20,638 nucleotides of DNA, from NCBI GenBank assembly GCA_037443265.1, contig JBBIOR010000022.1, forward strand, positions 7,415 through 28,052. The letters are read 5' to 3'. The translations under genes and the position numbers were made by a program. Source of the stretch: Candidatus Fraserbacteria bacterium. Its GTDB lineage: Bacteria > Bipolaricaulota > Bipolaricaulia > RBG-16-55-9. Under the pieces are notes generated by a model that was not told the DNA's origin, did not search any database, and saw only the letters and a program-made list of their open reading frames with translations. This document shows positions 18,701 through 20,638 of the stretch, piece after piece (positions within the stretch are counted from its first letter, which is position 1; the number at the start of each line of letters is the position of its first letter).

Positions 18701-18805
18701 ATGGAGTTCGTGAATATGGGGAATGTTTCCTCCTTCGCTGCTCTAGGAGCCTTGCTTATGCTAGGCATGATAGTCGGCTTGCGACGATGGAGAGGTGGTC
18801 GGTAA
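18701..18805 (+). CDS. 34-aa single-pass membrane peptide
   Basis: AAGGAGGTG SD, then MEFVNMGNVSSFAALGALLMLGMIVGLRRWRGGR*. Below the ORF-track cutoff. Confidence 0.65.
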   Translation: MEFVNMGNVSSFAALGALLMLGMIVGLRRWRGGR

Positions 18806-18829
18806 GACAACCTTTATCCAGTTGAGTGA

Positions 18830-19006
18830 GTGATCCTAGCTCCTTTCAGCGCAGCTCAGTTCGGTCGGATCTTCTTCCCGGATGTGATGTAGCTTCTCTT
18901 GATGATCTGGGTTGTCCCTGCAGTCTCATTGCTGAGCATTGAAATGGTAGTACTCATTTCGGCCAAGGTGAGCAGTGTGCAAGCTGCTCAGCTTGCCAGC
19001 TGCTAA
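18830..19006 (+). pseudogene. internal remnant of an ABC-2-type permease
   Basis: Reads VILAPFSAAQFGRIFFPDVM*LLLMIWVVPAVSLLSIEMVVLISAKVSSVQAAQLASC*. TAG at 18890-18892 sits where Trp would fit. The RIFFP..W...PA....VLIS.KV.S.QAAQ pattern is recalled from ABC permeases. Confidence 0.45.
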
Positions 19007-19043
19007 TCTAAGGCGTTACTGATGGCTCAAGAACAGAAACCTC

Positions 19044-19574
19044 ATGGCTGAATCTTGGCGCTTCTCGCAGGCCGAATACCCGAGTGACACGGCGCGCAAC
19101 TATGCTCTGGATCCTGCGATTGCGGAGCATATAAGCCAAGGGAAGGCCCCAGCGACGGTGCGTCTCTGGCGGCCCGGCCGTTGCTTGGCTGTGGGGCGTT
19201 TTGACAATCGCCTCCCTCATTTTCGGGAAGCGGTGCAATACATGAAGAGCCAGAGGATCGAGATCGTTCAGAGGATGAGTGGGGGCAAGGCCATCTGGCA
19301 AGATGCAGGTTATCTCAATTTTTCTATCATTGCTCCGAAACAGTCTCTCAAGTTCGGGATTCCGGAGACCTATCGAGAATTCTCTCAGGGCTTAGTGCTG
19401 GGCTTTCGTGCCCTGGGTATCGGAACGGAATTCAAGCATGTAGAGGGAGCATTTTGCGATGGACCGTATGATCTTGCTGTGAACGGAAGAAAGCTTGTGG
19501 GCACGGCGCAAGTTCAAAAGCGTGGATTCATCATTGTTGCTTGTGGGCTGGCTATGGCTGGCCAAAGAATATGA
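19044..19574 (+). pseudogene. lipoate-protein ligase A / LipL-family protein, C-terminally truncated at about 19538
   Basis: N.ALD, VRLWRP, R.SGGKAIWQD.G.LNFS and FCDGPYDLAVNGRKLVGTAQ. The expected HG(S/T)I motif and rest of the domain are absent, and the frame runs into cdsA-derived sequence. Confidence 0.8.
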
Positions 19575-20310
19575 TCAATTCTGGCTGATTGTCCTATTGC
19601 TGGCTCTGGTGACGGCGCGGGCGGGCTGGGAATACGCCCGACTCATCGAGAGGAGTGGCATCCCCCTTGAGCGCTCCTCGTTTGCGACCGTGAGCGTGCT
19701 TGCTATCATTGCCTATGGCTTATTAGAAGAATCTTTCAAAGCCCTCATCTTCGTGGGGTCTGTTTTATATTTCATGCTGAGATACTTGGCACATCCTGAG
19801 GGCTTAAAAGCGGGAGCTGCGGCCGTCTTGGGGCTGATTTACATCCCGTACTTTCTACATTTTTTCTACGAGATCTATCAAGCTGAGACAGGCTTCTACT
19901 ACGTGCTTCTGCTTCTCCTGCTCATCTGGGGCTATGACACAGGAGCTTATGCGGTCGGCTCGCTCTTTGGCCGACACAAGCTCTTTGTGGAGCTGAGCCC
20001 CAAGAAGAGCTGGGAGGGGGTGGTAGGAGGTTTTCTGCTTGCGTGGCTGGCCGGGTGGGCTTCTCTGAGCTGGCTGCCTGTGGAGTTATCCTCAAGCGTC
20101 GTGTTTCACGCTCTCTTGATGTCTCTATTGGTGAGCGCTTTTGCGCAGTTGGGAGATCTTTTGGAATCGAAGCTCAAGCGGACCGCGGGCGTGAAAGACT
20201 CCGGGGCGCTCTTCCCAGGACATGGGGGAATGCTCGATCGGATAGACGCGCTGCTCCTCGCCCTGCCTGTCTTTTATTTTTATCTACATTACGTTTTGAA
20301 GTGGGTGTAA
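19522..20310 (+). CDS. cdsA: phosphatidate cytidylyltransferase copy 2, lacking the native first ~14 codons (possibly a pseudogene)
   Basis: Colinear with copy 1 from LLVGWLWLAKEYDQFW onward, with all catalytic motifs intact (SPKKSWEG, KDSG..FPGHGGMLDRID). In-frame starts (GTG 19522, TTG 19495, or TTG at the junction) lack an obvious SD. Confidence 0.8.
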   Translation: MDSSLLLVGWLWLAKEYDQFWLIVLLLALVTARAGWEYARLIERSGIPLERSSFATVSVLAIIAYGLLEESFKALIFVGSVLYFMLRYLAHPEGLKAGAAAVLGLIYIPYFLHFFYEIYQAETGFYYVLLLLLLIWGYDTGAYAVGSLFGRHKLFVELSPKKSWEGVVGGFLLAWLAGWASLSWLPVELSSSVVFHALLMSLLVSAFAQLGDLLESKLKRTAGVKDSGALFPGHGGMLDRIDALLLALPVFYFYLHYVLKWV

Positions 20311-20375
20311 ATGACTCCAAAGCCTGGGGTCTTGACAAGCGGGGGGATAACAAAAGTCGGAGAAAGAGGGATGAC

Positions 20376-20594
20376 ATGGAACAGCTAACAAGAAGGACTT
20401 ATCTACTTCTCTTGTTATGTATCCTTCTGTTTAGCTTGGGCAGAGATCTTTCGCGGGGCAACTCTCTGGCTTCCGTGACGTCAGCTCAGTGTGAAAGCTT
20501 CATCCTGCCACCCTTTGAGTTGAACACCCTGGAGGGGCGTACTATTACCCAGCAAGATCTAAGTCAGGGAGCGGTCGTGCTCGCTTTGCTGTAG
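20376..20594 (+). pseudogene. truncated exported redoxin (TlpA/ResA/AhpC-like) N-terminal fragment
   Basis: SD-like GAGGGA, ATG 20376, signal/TM segment, then PPFELNTLEGRTITQQDLSQGAVVLALL and TAG where the W..CxxC segment would follow. Confidence 0.45.
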
Positions 20595-20638
20595 ATAGAG
20601 CTCCTACGGTTTATCTGATACGCGATGGTCTACTCTTG

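Noticed and set aside
18941..18990. Near-palindrome GAAATGGTAGTACTCATTTC and hairpin TGAGCAG...CTGCTCA
   Set aside because: Both lie within the permease remnant reading frame, have no U-tract and do not recur. Probably incidental.

Overview
Bacterial chromosomal window, moderately GC-rich, with no rRNA, CRISPR array, integrase or transposase visible. Bases 1-16417 are mostly housekeeping. They hold the 3' end of a probable purine-nucleoside phosphorylase, a PaaI thioesterase, a PDZ protein plus MacB/LolD-type ABC operon, an AmmeMemoRadiSam radical SAM enzyme, a DUF971 protein and tRNA-Val(CAC). Next come a minus-strand metallophosphoesterase-folB-folK-rng operon, an extended-SDR plus serine palmitoyltransferase-like pair (candidate sphingolipid module), then dprA, ndk, valS, uppS and cdsA. 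From about 16420 the sequence looks accessory and partly decayed. It carries a well-formed c-di-GMP-I (GEMM) riboswitch ahead of a frameshifted Cys-rich Crp/Fnr regulator, two tandem palindromes, and a three-gene cassette of unknown function (secreted protein, coupled partner, 34-aa membrane peptide). These are followed by an ABC-permease remnant, a truncated lipoate-ligase-family gene joined to a second, N-truncated cdsA, and a truncated redoxin-like ORF. The best candidates for new biology are the riboswitch-Crp/Fnr-secreted-protein cassette, the Spt/reductase pair, a phosphoesterase embedded in the folate operon, and an apparent AUU start for rng. All calls are by eye and from recalled family motifs; no searches were run.
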